This document shows, piece after piece, positions 38,913-53,189 of a stretch of 64,000 bases of DNA; position 1 is the stretch's first letter, and each line of letters opens with the position of its first letter. This DNA comes from Octopus bimaculoides (taxonomy: Eukaryota), in contig NC_068990.1 of NCBI RefSeq assembly GCF_001194135.2, positions 4,359,314-4,423,313 of the forward strand, written 5' to 3'. Made by a program: the position numbers and the translations under genes. Under the pieces are notes generated by a model. The model saw nothing but the letters and a program-made list of their open reading frames with translations. It was not told where the DNA came from and did no database searches.

Positions 38913-41900
38913 TATAACCCTTTACATTTGATAAAGAAAACTAAAAATAGAATATCTTGAATATCTCTTTATAGCAAGTCATGTATATTTCCTGCTGAAT
39001 TAGCAATTGTTATAAGAAGTGACAGAATGACAAAAGTGTGTAGAAAATTGTAAAAAGAGATCTTGAAAATGTTAAAAGCAAGCAGTTCATGCTTTTGATG
39101 AGCAACTTCAAAGTGTTCTGAGGGAGAAAGTGGGTCAAGACAATTGGAAAGATGAAACATCTCAAATATCACAATAAAGATGTTTTGATTAAATCATAGG
39201 CAATCAATATCAATAATTCCACCTTGCAGAACTTTCTGCTTGTATTCCCTTGACTGTAGAGCACTTTGATTTTGCTTTACTTTCATTTATGCCATTAATT
39301 TAGGATCCAAGACAACTACAACTGTCACTTGTGTTTCTACCTTAATACTGTCTGTCTCTCTCTCTCATCCCCTATTCTTAGAATTTCTCGTCTGTCTGTG
39401 TGTACATGTGTGTGTCATTTATTTTTTACCTTGTGCATGTTGTCACAAATACATCTTCAAGCAGTTGATATTTTACTGTCACACATAATTTCATTAATAA
39501 ACTACTACTACTGCCTCCTCCACCACCACTACCACTGTCATAGCCACTGCTGCCACCACCACCACTGCCGCTGCCACCACCACCACCACAACAGCAACAG
39601 CAACAATTGCCATGACTACCCTAACTTAGCCGTTGCTATTGCTGTTACTTCGAACAACAGGTATTGTTGTCTCATTGAACCATTAACCCTTTTGTTACCG
39701 TATTTCTGTTGAGATACTCAGTGTTAACATGCTGAACATAATGAGCAAAAACATTTCAGTAAACCAAAACTCACTCTGCAGTAAAGAATGGAAAACTTTA
39801 AGCCAGTGTTTAAATCTGGTTATGACAACAACTCAAAAATATAAATCCAAGTTAGAATTATGAAAGCAGGAAGGAGAAGAAAACTCTAGAAGAAGTATTA
39901 GAACTAATTCAATTTAATCTCTGAAAAGCATGGTAACAACCCCTAACATATTTTAGTCCTATTAGACCTTCTCAGCAACTTAATCTTTTCTGCACTTGCT
40001 AGACCATAATAAGAGAATGTTCCACTTATGTCTTCTGTTGACTTCAGATCCCACTATTATATAACTAATATAATATTCCACAATTATATGACTAACAATT
40101 ATGCACTAGTATATAAATTTAATGAGTGATTTATGAAGTATCTTTCAAGTTTTGTTGGGTAGGGCACTTCACTGAACTGTCTTGGTAACTAGAGATAATT
40201 TCACTATCGATAAAATATGATACTATCTTACTACTTTAATGATTTCATGTTTCATATTTTTCTTTCCGTTATTTGTCTATACAAATTTGTTAATGTTTTG
40301 CTTAAAAAATGCTTTATATCATCTTTTCAGTTTCATCTATTACGATTCAAGTTTGGTTTCTGATATAATAATAGTTGATGAACAGAAAATGTTGCCGATC
40401 AACTAAACTAGTTGTATTCAGAAAATTCCTTATACATGAAGGCTTAGATTACATTGTGCTGTAAAAGCACTGAGCTGGGATGTAATGAGTTGACAGGTTC
40501 ACACAAAGCTCTGGATTGACAGATGAGCAAGGATGATGTTGTCATTGCTATTCAAGTTGGAAAGTCATACACTGAATTAAGAACAGCTTTTGCATTCTAT
40601 GAAGTGAAATTCATCTCATTATTTAAATGTTAGTTTCTATTTAAGAACAGACAATTTGGGACATTCAGATGAATTGGCAAAATCCAAGGCCTCTGCCATT
40701 TTAAATGAAATTCTTGAATAATTATTTTGATTAATTCTTACTATCCATCTGATCATTTAACATTATTCCATCAGAAAATTTCCAAAAAGAAACTAAGGCT
40801 GCCATATCAGTCTTTTCAAAACTAATATTTCTATATTTTCAATTACATTAGACACTAAATATTTCAGTGAAATTAAGTAACTTCTCTAAGTATATTGGAT
40901 ATTCATAAATTTTCCCTGAGTAACTATTTAATAACTTCTACTTAAACACTACTGACTCAACTTCAAAGAATATATTGGAAAAGTTTTCATGTATTTTTGA
41001 AAGAAAAATCTGAATTTCCTTTGTTTTTGATTTTTTAATGGTTTCCTTTGTAAGACAATATCTAAAGATAAGGTTAATAGTTTGAAAAGAAATATTGGAA
41101 AACATACAAGCAAGCAATTATAAGTTAGTGAATGTGAAAAAGTTCAAATTCATTGAATCCAAAATTACTTTGTTTATGCGGCTTTCAAAGAATTATAACA
41201 AAATAAAATGTTAAGCTATATAAATCTCTATCAACTGAAGATACTTTTGGGGACTGTCTTTCTCTTGCTTGTGAGAGGAAAGTTAATAGACAATAAGAGA
41301 CAAGGAATGAAATCAGAATCTAATCTATATATGTAAAAACCTATTTTAAAGAATGATTTGTGTTTCTAAATTTTGTCTTTGCACCTACTAGCTTTTAAAT
41401 AATTCTTTTATCAAATTTCTCCAAGAAATGTTCAACATTAACAATGTTTATCAACTTTTATTCTTTGTTGTAATTACATATAGCCACACCAAAAAGGCAT
41501 TTAGACATTTGGTTGGTATGTTCTATAAGAAATATCAGACTGTGTCCATTGATATTTCAAATATATTTTATGAATTAATTTTTTAACAAATCATGAGTCT
41601 CAAGCAAGCAAATGTTCCAAAGTTCTTTTTATGTCACAGTGCAAAGTTTTTTTGTGAATACCACTCCAGTTGAATGAATGGCACTAAGAATGTGAAGCAT
41701 ATATAAAATCTGAAGGTTTTGTTCCAGTTAAAATATGTACAAGTCTGTGAAGTGATTGAATTAGAAAAGACTTTTTTTTTTATTTATAAATGATATGAAC
41801 AAGGTTTTGGTTCAGACTAAAATATTTTCTATTCAAATGGTAACTTGTGACTGATATAGCTCAACAAAACACAATTTTAAAGGGAGAAAAGGTAAACTAA

Positions 41901-44900
41901 GAAGAACATTTATGATGAGTTTATTTTGATTCCTGTTTTACAAATGAATAATCCTTTCATCTCTTGACAATTCTTGATTTATCAACAAACACAAGTAGGA
42001 AAAAGACTGCAGTGACAGCACGCATAAGCCTCAAAGAATTGAAATAAACAACTATGTTTGCAGGAAATTAGTGCAAGAATAAAAGAGGTGCCAAGGCTGA
42101 TTCATGTTGATATAACAATATTTTACAATAAAAGATACAATTTATATTTTGTATTTCCCTGCCCACCTCTAATCATAGATACTATAAATACTTACTTGGT
42201 TGAATACTGTTATTTATGTATTTGATATTATCCAGTTTTATGTTGCATTATTATATTATAAATCTGTTATTTATGAGTAAGTCAATCAATTATACGATAT
42301 TTTCTTTTTTGTTTTGGTGTCTTAAAGAAATATCTCTAAAATAACAACTTATAAAATTGTTTATGAAGTTTATAATAAAGAATGTCGTAAAGAGCAGAAT
42401 GAACCATCATCTTTGAATATTGATTTCTAATAAAGGGACAAAGAAAGGTGGTGAGCTGGCAAAGTTGTTACTGTGCTGAACAAAATGCTTGGTGACATTT
42501 CTTCTAATTTAGCATTCTGAGCCCAAATTTTGCCTGGGTTCACTTTATCTTTCATCTTTTTGGAGTTGATAAAATAAGTCGCAGTTTGAGTACTGGAGTC
42601 CATATAACTGACTTATTCTCTCTCCTGAAATTACTAGCCATGTTCCACACACACATGATGGGCTTTTGTCAGTTTTTGCCTACCAAATCCAAATCCACTC
42701 TGAAAGCTTTGGCTGCTCTGGGGCTGTAGAAGAAAACACTTGGCTAAACCTGAAGCCTAGTTCAGTTCAACTATGTAGGACATTTATATATATAGATGTA
42801 GGCATGTGTGGTTGGGAAGTAAACTTTTCAATCACACAGTCATACTTATGTCTATATTTAATCAAAACTACATTTATGAATATATATTATCCTTCTTCAG
42901 AGCAAATAAAGCAAGGACAAAGATGATGGGCATTGCAATAGTAGATGATGTTACACATTTTCAATAGCTTACATTCTTCACTTATCTCACATCTGAACAT
43001 TTCACAATGTATTTCCTTTCCATGTCTTCATCCTAATAAAACCCATTATTTTATTTGGAGTCAATTTTCCTATAATTGTATGGTTTATATAAGTTTACTG
43101 TTCATTTACATTTATCATAGAAACAAAAAAAAAAAAAAATTTTAATTATTTCTATATTCCTGAATAATTGCTGATAAAAAATGTGGACTTTCTAACTTCT
43201 GTAGTTACTGAGATATTATAGAAGACACTTACACAATCAATCAAGCAACAAAATAAACAAAAAACTGGGATAAGAACAGTGGCACCTAATTTTTTCATGG
43301 TCGTATATGTTGAATTGATTGAGAGAAATGATATTAGTTGTGCTCAATAATTTTCAAAAATATTTATAAATGCATTGTTGGGTGGAGCTGGGATAATTCA
43401 GATAAATGATATGTGACCTTTTAATATTTGACATAACTTATCAAGCAGCAAATACTCATTTGTATTCAGATTGCCATTTCAGTACAACATACTGAATTAA
43501 ATAGACAAAACTACTCTAAGTGTTGCTCATTAATGATATTTCTAGGTAATACAGCTATCACATTTGCACAGTTGTAATTGAAATAGATTTTGTCTGCTTT
43601 TGTTCATTACACACGTCATTTAGACTTTGCATCATGAAGATAAAATATTTATTTATGATTAAATATCTAAAATGCACACACCCTTTGTTTAGTAGACAAA
43701 CAACTGGTATCATATATGAATGCTCACATAATGCATATGTATATAGATAAGTACATACTTATACACATACATATGTAGTTATAAATACATATATCTGAAC
43801 GATACTCCTTTCACATTATTTATCTCATACGTTAGCACAATGTATATTTTCCAGGATAAATGTGTTTTTTTTTATATATATTGATTCCCTTCTCCCAATA
43901 TTATAAACAGTTTCCACTTACTCTGAACACATATCAGTAAATAAGTCAAAATCTGTTTCTTAGATAGCTTGAGACAGTATCCATTTTTTACAATAAAATT
44001 TTATTTCTTAATAGCTTTGTTAGAAGAACAGCCTTTGTGGCACCTTTCATGATCTCCAAGACTTGTAGGGAGAACATAGGATGTTGTTCTCAGACCAGAG
44101 ATCTGTGCATTTGCAGAGTGAACTTGCAAAGGGTCCCCAATGGTCATAATAATATCTACCATCCAAGAACAGCCCCTCAAATGGGCTTGCAAACAGTTTG
44201 TCTCAAAATTTCACACACCAAACTTAAGCTGGCATCGAGGCTATCATAGAAGATATTACCTCAATCTACCAAGCAATGTGGAGCTGATTACACAATTTTG
44301 GAGAAATTTTTGTATATTCTGGTCACTCATTTTAATGATCATATTAATTCTATTGTTATTTATACAAGAATTGTCCAGTCTGGTAAAATAATGTGTACAA
44401 CCAAGTGAAAAGTAAAGTGTATTAGAATAGTGTTTGTGTTACAAGTCAATATTTTAAGTATCAAAATATTATATATCTAGACACACACATTACAGTAGTG
44501 TTGAGGTCAAATCCACAAATCTAAACTTAAAGGATTCCTCATGTTATTAAAGTAGGAGAAATCACTAAAGATTTAAAAAAAGAAAGATAATTTAACAAAT
44601 TTGTTTACAGCTTTCAAGAAGTGGGTTAGGTAGAAATGAAGATGATAGACTGCTGTTTTCATGAGAATGTAATTAAACTATGTAAGAAAAGTGTAGCATT
44701 GTAAATATGAATTAAAAGAAAAACAAAATCCAACAAAACTATTTTGAAGTTGATCAACTTATCTTTGAATTTTTTCTTTCTTTTCGTTTTTGGTTAAGTT
44801 AGTATCCCTGAAGTCATAACACATTTCAAAAGATTTTAAAACATGCTGGAGTACATTTCTCTCCACAAAAACTATAATGGCTATAACAGTCTTCTCACTT

Positions 44901-46220
44901 TACTTTTATTTGATTTTCCTCTTTTTAAACTTTGGTGAAAGGAAAGTTCATTTTAGATATGGTAGAATAGTATAGAATATAGATTCAAAGAATTTGATAG
45001 AAGGTTGTCTATCTATCATTATCTGTGGTTGTTAAATTCTCTCACCAATAGACTCCTTGTCTAAACTGGATTTTTAAAATAGATGTTTTATGTTGCAAAT
45101 TTTATTTCCGACGCGAGAAAGAACTTAAAATGTGTATCTCAGCTGGAGATTCCTATGCATAAGTTGTGAACCCACTGATAAATATAATTATAAATTGATA
45201 GGAAACCTATCAGAGAGCAGAGAAAAAAAATTAAATAAAAGTTATTGGAATTATATTTCAGAATTATTATGGCTTTTTTTTCTTCAGAAAATTATATTAA
45301 TAAAAGACTTGAAGAGAACAAAATTTGTTTAAAGAAATGACAAAGAACTTTGAAATAGTTAGAATTGAGTAGAAAAAAGAAGGAAAAATATTTAAAAATA
45401 TATTTAATAAAATTTACTAAGAAAAAACATGTAGAAAAGTAAAATATAGATACATAAATGGGAACACCAGAAGAATGATAAATTTTGGAAATTTAAATAT
45501 TTAACAGAATTCACTGTCTCGCTAACAAAACACCATTTTAGACAAGTGTTTTTGAATCATGATTATGAAGCAAAACTTTATTGATTGGGAAGTAGTATTG
45601 ATGAAGTATAAGAATAGATATCTAGAATAATTTGTGTATTTAAAAAGATTACATGAAACATAAGATATGTTATCAGATTTTTAAGACGATGTACATAGCT
45701 GTACATTCTGTGCTTTAATTTTTACAAAATCATGTGATAAAGAGATATAAATGTGAGAGGAACCACATAGAAATGAGTAAAATAATTAGTATGTTGTGAA
45801 ATATACTAATTAGTATATTGTGAAATATAAAAAATAAAAAAAACCAAAATACATAAATATATGGAAAGTTTTGTTATAATTAAAGTAGATAGAAATCAGA
45901 AGAAGGAAATAATTGACAATTTTATGAAATTTCAATGAATATGTTCTAGTTATATATTTTATTTACTAATTTTATTGATTCTTTCATTCTGACAATCTAA
46001 ATATGTTTAGAATATTTCCAAAGAAGATAGATTTATCTTGCAGAAAATTATGTTGCTAAATTACTAAATTATCATTTTTATATTTTCAAATGAGAAGTTA
46101 TTAACACTTTAAGGTTGCTCTATGATAGCAATTACATTTAAAGAGGCACAAAGTCAGTCTTTGCAAAGAAAGAATTAGAGTTGACTGAACCAGCCTTCGT
46201 ATAACTAGCAGAAAGACCAC

Positions 46221-46233
46221 CCACCAGGTGGCG
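46221..46233 (+). promoter_or_regulatory. CTCF-like core motif CCACCAGGTGGCG
   Basis: Close match to the bilaterian CTCF core (CCASYAGRKGGCR) in otherwise AT-rich unique DNA. Motif evidence only. Confidence 0.35.
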
Positions 46234-48459
46234 TTATTCTAGTTGCTAAATCATGTTTATACATTTGATTCCTAATTTGTGTAATTTTTCTGATATGCTA
46301 CATCTAATTATCCTTTGTGTCCTTTATTTGTTTAATAATGGTCAGTTTCTTAGTTAAAGAAATTAGAATAATATCAAGCACTGAAAGTCAGCATTAGAAT
46401 TTAATTAGAATGTTGGCTTAACTTAGCCATGTTAATCTTTTAAACAAACATAAAAGAAGCATATCCTCAATGTGGTTACTTAGTATGCTAGGGACAGCAG
46501 GGATCATGAGGATATATTCTAAGGCTTATAGCTAACCAAAACTAACAATTTCACCTTTCTCCATTTTATTATTCAAATTATGCCAGTATCTCTGTCAAAT
46601 TTCTTTTTAATAAACAAATATTCATTTAGCAATTTCCAGAGGGTAAAAATGGAATCGTCCATAAAAGTATTTATTTTTTTTTTAGCATAACTGCAACCCA
46701 TATCAGCAAAGCCTGAAAGTTATGAGGAAACAAAGTTGAGGTATGTGAATTATCTGAAACGTCCCACCACCTCCTCTGTAAAACATATTCTCAACAAATT
46801 CCAATGTAATCATCATCTACAATATTCAGAATGTATTTGAAGAAAGTTTAATTAAAAAATATCCACTTTTCAGAAAGTTTTGAAGAAGCAAAGTATGTGT
46901 GATTTTTAACTACAAGAAAATGGGACAAGTGTGCTACAAATAGCATAATTAAATTAAAACCACTTTTTTTATTCAGCTTTCTATTTCTTCAACAACATCC
47001 AACAAATATGAAATGATACAAGGATCAGCATAATTTGGCTGATGCTGGATTAATCTAATAATTTAGAGAAATGTATCTACTGATGTCTGTCGAAAGTAGT
47101 TTTGCAAATATATGGACAATCTTTATAATTCCAGAAATATAAACAGGAACATTAAAAAATGCTATTTTACAGTGTAATATGGTTATTTCGCAGTGAATGA
47201 AAATTAGCTTTGTAATTGAATCACAAAGTTGGAATCTTCTATAATAAATGGTGCTCAGGAACCAAATTACGAAAAAAAATAAAAACTGGAATTTATAGGA
47301 ATTTTCTAGCCAGTAAAGGCATTAATGATTGCTTTTTTTTTTAAAATTAAAAGTTGCTTATTCCAAACTAATTAATAAGCAGCTTTCTTTATTATGGTAT
47401 ATATATTATCATTTATTTCATTGGTTGAAGAGAGACAAAATGTAAGATGCACTCAAGCAAGATTTGGACTTAGAGATACGGTTAAATACATTAAGGTATT
47501 TAGCTCATTGCTCTGCCAATTCTTTTAGGTATGTGTCTATCAATCTCAGTAGATGTGGATCAGTACTTGAATAGTATTTTATTGACCCTGGGAGAATGAG
47601 ATTGACCTTGGCAGGATTTGAACTCCAAATGTAAAGAATTAGAACAAATGCATGCTTCCAGGAATTTTTACCAAATCTCTAATGATTCCACCAAAAAGAG
47701 AAAACAATGATATCACCCACTAAAACAACACAATGCATCTTACATAAATGACACCAACAACTCACACAACTGACATGCAACATAATTCTCTCCCCTTATC
47801 GCAATACAACCTAAACCCTATATGCTCTACACTATCACCATCTCAACTGAAACACATAACCTCATTTACATAACACATACAAAAACACAAACATTACCCA
47901 ACAAAATAACATACCTAACATTGCACATACTCTGTACAACAGGCAAAACATTAAAATAACAACAGGCAAACACAACAAATATCACAACAAAGCAAACCTA
48001 ATGTAGTACGCAAATAAAATTCAATTCTATATTCCCGGAAGAAAATGTTGCACACACATCAGAAACATGTAGGTACACCTGGTGGTGCAGCAGAAACTTG
48101 CATAAAACTGGTGAAAATATGATAAATAAAAATAAGGATGAAGGTGATAATAATAAAATTTTCAAAATGTTTTATCAAGTTATATCCTGAGGACTATTTT
48201 TATTCATTGGAAATTAGACTAAAATAAATGGTGTACTATCACAAACTACTTGTGTGTGAATGTGTGAGTGTTTGTTGAGTTTGTGTACATGTGAATGCGT
48301 GTGTGCACGCATGAGTGTGTGCATGCATGCACATGCATGTGTGTGTGTAAATGCAGGTGTAACTTTGGAAGAATATCCAACAACTAAGAACCTAAGATTC
48401 ATTATAATAATCAATATGTAATGTAAAAAGAAAGGCACAACAACAACAACAATAATAAT

Positions 48460-48870
48460 TCTTTCTATTATAGGCATAAGGCCTAAAATTTGGGGTAAGA
48501 ATGCTAGTCGATTAGATTGAACCCATTGCTCAACTGTACTTATTTTATAAATCTCAAAAGGATGAAAGGCAAAATCAACTTAGGTGGAATTTGAACTCAA
48601 AACATAAAGACAGACAAAATGCTAAACATTCTGTCAGCTCACCTAATTAATAATAATAATATGATTTCAAATTTTACGCCAAAGCCAGCAGTTTCAGTGG
48701 GTAGGGGTAAGTCAATTATATCAACTGCAGTGCCTAACTGGTACTTATTTTATCAACCCTGAAAGAATGAAAGGCAAAGTCAACCTAAGTGGAATTTGAA
48801 CTCAGAACGTATAGACAGACAAAATGCCACTAAGCATTTCATCCAGTGTGCTTACAATTCTACCAGATTA
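48460..48870 (-). mobile_element. Two tandem tRNA-derived SINE copies
   Basis: tacttattttat...gaaaggatgaaaggcaaa...ggaatttgaactc occurs twice. Further copies are at 47560-47700 and 49410-49600. Confidence 0.75.
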
Positions 48871-48875
48871 CTGCC

Positions 48876-48876
<1 letters not shown>

Positions 48877-48918
<42 letters not shown>

Positions 48919-48960
48919 CATTATTATTAATGATAATAATAATATAATAATAATAAAAAC

Positions 48961-49023
<63 letters not shown>
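48877..49023. repeat. Abutting (ATT)n then (AAT)n microsatellite
   Basis: Direct reading. Confidence 0.9.
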
Positions 49024-49179
49024 TACAACAAGAGCACTCAGAGAACACAAACCTCTGCCAAGGCAACATCAACATCCTCTCACCGATTAGCTAGAGATGA
49101 TTTTTAAAATGAGAATATCTGAAACAAAGTCGACTGCTTTCCCAAATGAGAATACTAAAAATGAACCTGACCACTCTCA

Positions 49180-49409
49180 AAAATTAAGTAAAATACTAGG
49201 AAAAATAATCCAGAATCCTTGTCTGGTACTGGATTGATCCCAAAACCTAATCAGTTTGTGCCAGTCATGAGGCCAAACATCCCTGAAAGTTTCATCCAAA
49301 TCCATCCAGTGGTTCTTGAAAAGTCTTGTCCACAGACACACAAACAAACAAACAAACAAACAAACATGACTGAAAACAATATCTCCACCTTCGCTAAGGC
49401 GGAGGTAAT
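49180..49409 (-). mobile_element. DINE-1/HINE-like non-autonomous element (Helentron-associated type)
   Basis: The minus strand starts attacctccgccttagcgaaggtggag (short hairpin), then tgttttc, (GTTT)n and ggatggatttggatgaaactttcaggg. This matches the typical layout of this class as I recall it. Confidence 0.5.
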
Positions 49410-49609
49410 TATCCTTTCTATTATAGATGCAAGGCCTGAAATTTTGCGGGGAGGGGTTTAGTCAACTACATTGTCCCCAGTACTCAACTGCTACTCATTT
49501 CATCAACTGTGAAAGGAGTGGAATTTGAACTGAGAATGTAGAAATGGACAAAATGTTGCTAAGCATTTTGCTCATCATGCTAACAATTCTGCCAGTTTAA
49601 TACCTTAGC

Positions 49610-49642
<33 letters not shown>

Positions 49643-52163
49643 AGCATCAGCAGCAACAGCATCAGCAATCATCTCTTACATTGGAATACAAATAAAAATT
49701 AGTAGAGATGAGGTCTATTTTACTGAAAGGATATATATCTCGTATTTATTTTATTAAGTCTGGAAGGATGAAAAAAACAAAAAACAAACAGTCTGTCCTC
49801 ACAGAATTTTGAGGTGAGAATACAATCTTTTGTACCTACTCAAAACATATTGATATTGTTTTTATTCAAGGTATGAAGATCTGAAGGAGGGAAAAGATGT
49901 AGTGTCATACACTACATTTGCCCAGGGTAAATGTAGTGTAAATGAAGTGATGTAACTTTGAACAAGAAATGAAATTATGTGATTAGCTAAACTTACTAAG
50001 ACCTTTCCTCTGTACACTACAGTCAGTTAGTCCATATTACTCTATAAGGAGCATAGGTCCAGTTTCCCTGGTTTCTCTGGTGTATGCATATTCCTCCTTG
50101 GTCAGGACTCTGATCCGTCACAGAATTACTCATTTTTACCTGCTGAGTGGACTGGAGCAACGTGTTTTTCCCAAGAACGCAACACATTGCCCAGTCCAGG
50201 AATCGAAACCACAATCTTATGATCATGGGCCCAACACCCTAACCACTAAGCCATGCATCTCCATTCTTGTATACTACAGTTATGGCAAATAACAGTTTCT
50301 AACTTCGGCAAATGGTAAAAAAAAACAAAAAAAACTGTAAGTTGAACCATTAGACAACAACAATCCCCAGAACATGATTGCTGCTAGTTTATCAAACCAT
50401 GGAACTGATGGTTCTTAATAATATTCATTTCATACTAGAGATTTATATTTATGATATCCATCTATATTTAGAAGTATTTGCCTTGTAAATTCTGTTTACC
50501 TTATATCAAGGCTTGCTCGAGTTACTTTAGAGAGAATGTACTGTTTCGTGATATCCACAACATATACCCATTACACATAGCCATATCTCTATTCTTTCCA
50601 TGGCTCAGAAATATTTTCATATAATAAGTTACATAATAAAGATATGAAATAAACGTGACAACATTAGAAATGTAAATGCAAAAGCTGGTGAGGCTGTAAT
50701 ATATACTGGAAATGTCATGACTTGAATCTCTTTAAATGAAAAGGGAAAAAAAAAAAGAACGATTGGATTATCATTTATAAAAAAAAAAATGAAAATGTAT
50801 TGAGAATGAATGATAAGAACTGGGTAAAATATAGAGTAGATGTATGGAAATCATTGCAAAGGTAATCAAAAGAAATATGGAAGATTAAGACATGAAATAA
50901 AGTTTTGTTGCTGGAAGTTCAATTAAATTATAATTTAATTTTCTTAGTACAATTTATTTTTTGCCATTTTGTCTTGATAAAAGAAATGTTTTTTTTTCTG
51001 GGTATTCCCATTTTTTTGTTAAAATACACAGTATGAAGTAACATGATTCCTTGCCAGTGTAGAAAGGGTACATTCGTATATTTGCATCACAACTTTTTTT
51101 TCTGAAAATCTGTACATTGACAGTATGTATATGCATATGCGTGTCCTTGTGTATGCGTACACTCACATACACATAGACACACATACACTTGCGCGCACAC
51201 ACCCACACACTCATACATACAGACATAGATATATCTAAAAGTTAGTAAATACAACTGCCTAACTTAATTTCCTTCATTGCCTTCAGAAACCAATGTGAGA
51301 AAATCCTCTCTTTTGTATTTCAAAAAAAAAAAAATAAATAAAAAAATAAGATAAAGATAGTAAAAAATAAAATAAAAATTCTTTTGTCTGACATAAAGTT
51401 GTATCATTTATACTTAGATGAATGAAATCTTGAAAAAGCATACTGAAAGATAATATAAATATATCAAGCTAAGAACATATTATTTATGCAATAGAAGGGT
51501 GATAAATTAGAAATAAAATATATCTCTGAAAGATGTGGCTGGAAGATAGCCCTGTTTTACAGAGTAATTTTATCTGTTTTATAGCAGTTCTGTATTGTAT
51601 ACTTATAGACTGTTTACAAAAGGTCTAATTTTAGAGTTGCTGAATGCTTTCAGTGAAATACCCAAAAGTCTGATGACTAGAATTTTCTTACAGTTATGCT
51701 GATCAGATAATATAAAGGGTATTTTGGCACTCAGTTTTGTTATATATCTGTTGAATATTATTTCACATGGTCTCAGGCATGGAAGTTTGTCTCAAAATTA
51801 TGTGGTTCTACATTTCACCCACTGCGTAGAACCTGAAGCAAGTGTCTTTTACCATAGTCATGAGTCAATCAAAGATATGTGAATGAAATTTGGTTGTAGA
51901 TAACCACAAGACATACATATACATGTAACATAGGATTTTTTTATGAACAGACAAAAAAAAAGCAAGCTTCTTAACCACACAACCATATACAGGTAAAGAA
52001 GTTTGCTTTTCAACCATGTGGATTTTAGTTCAATTCCATTATACAGATTATTGGGCTAGTGTCTTCTACTGTAGCCTCAGGCTGACCAAAACCTTGTGAA
52101 TTGAATTGATTAGAGTACGCTGAAAGAAGCCCATCATCTGTCTGTATGCACGTACGTACGTAC

Positions 52164-52204
<41 letters not shown>

Positions 52205-52962
52205 CGTGTGTATGTGTGTGTTCCTTTGTCTTGGCATTATGTGATAGTTGTAAATGGGTGTCACTGTCATACAAGTGATATTTTTTTATCTTCCATGGAA
52301 ACGTTTGGCTATGGGAAACTAGGTCCTTACTCAATGAAGTAAGTACCAAATGAAAGTACTGTTGTTGATTTAATCTGCTATAACCATAGAAGGTAGTGCT
52401 TCAGTATAGCAGCAGCACATGTGATTGAAAGCAGTAAAAGAATGGAAGTATATGTCCAATATCTAACTATTATTCTGGGCAAAAATCAACACAATTAAGA
52501 CCAATGAAAGAATATAAATATTACCAAAGAGATTTACTAAGATTGACAAAATAATTACATAAAATATAACTTGCTATTAATCTGTTGCGGTCTTTTGAAG
52601 AGAGGTTCTGATCCCTTTTCCATATAGTTACATAACACCTAAGATATTATAACGGATAATTAATAATGTACTAATTGTCACTTGCAGTCAGTTCTGAATT
52701 TAAACTAGATTTCCTTTCTCAGTTAGAGAAAGAAAGTAAAAATATAGTGGTAATTGCAAGAAACTTTCATCGAAATAATTTCTGTAGGAAAGCAACAATT
52801 AAAGATATATATTCCAATCTATTTGACCTTGCTAGCATAGTACAATCTATTCAAACCTGCAAATCACTGGATAGGTTTTTATATATAGAAAAAGAACAAC
52901 ACATATAATTGAAGGGTGGAGAATACAATGGGTTAAATACTCAATATTTGTTGACTTTTTCG

Positions 52963-53030
52963 AATATGCAAGGTAAGTAAATATGCAAGGTAAGTAAATA
53001 TGCAAGGTAAGTAAATATGCAAGGTAAGTA
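52963..53030 (+). repeat. 17-bp tandem repeat, 4 perfect copies
   Basis: aatatgcaaggtaagta at 52963, 52980, 52997 and 53014. Confidence 0.97.
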
Positions 53031-53189
53031 AAACATTTACAAATTGGCTGTGATGGGGTGAGGGGTTACATTAAGAAATGATCTTTTACCCAAATAACAC
53101 ATTTGTGATATATATATGTATGCATGTATGTATGTATGTATATATGGATGGATGCAGACTGTTACATACAGAAGTGTTGATTACTTAAA

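Noticed and set aside
46196-46206. loxP-like cttcgtataac
   Set aside because: Partial half-site only, with no inverted partner; a chance match.
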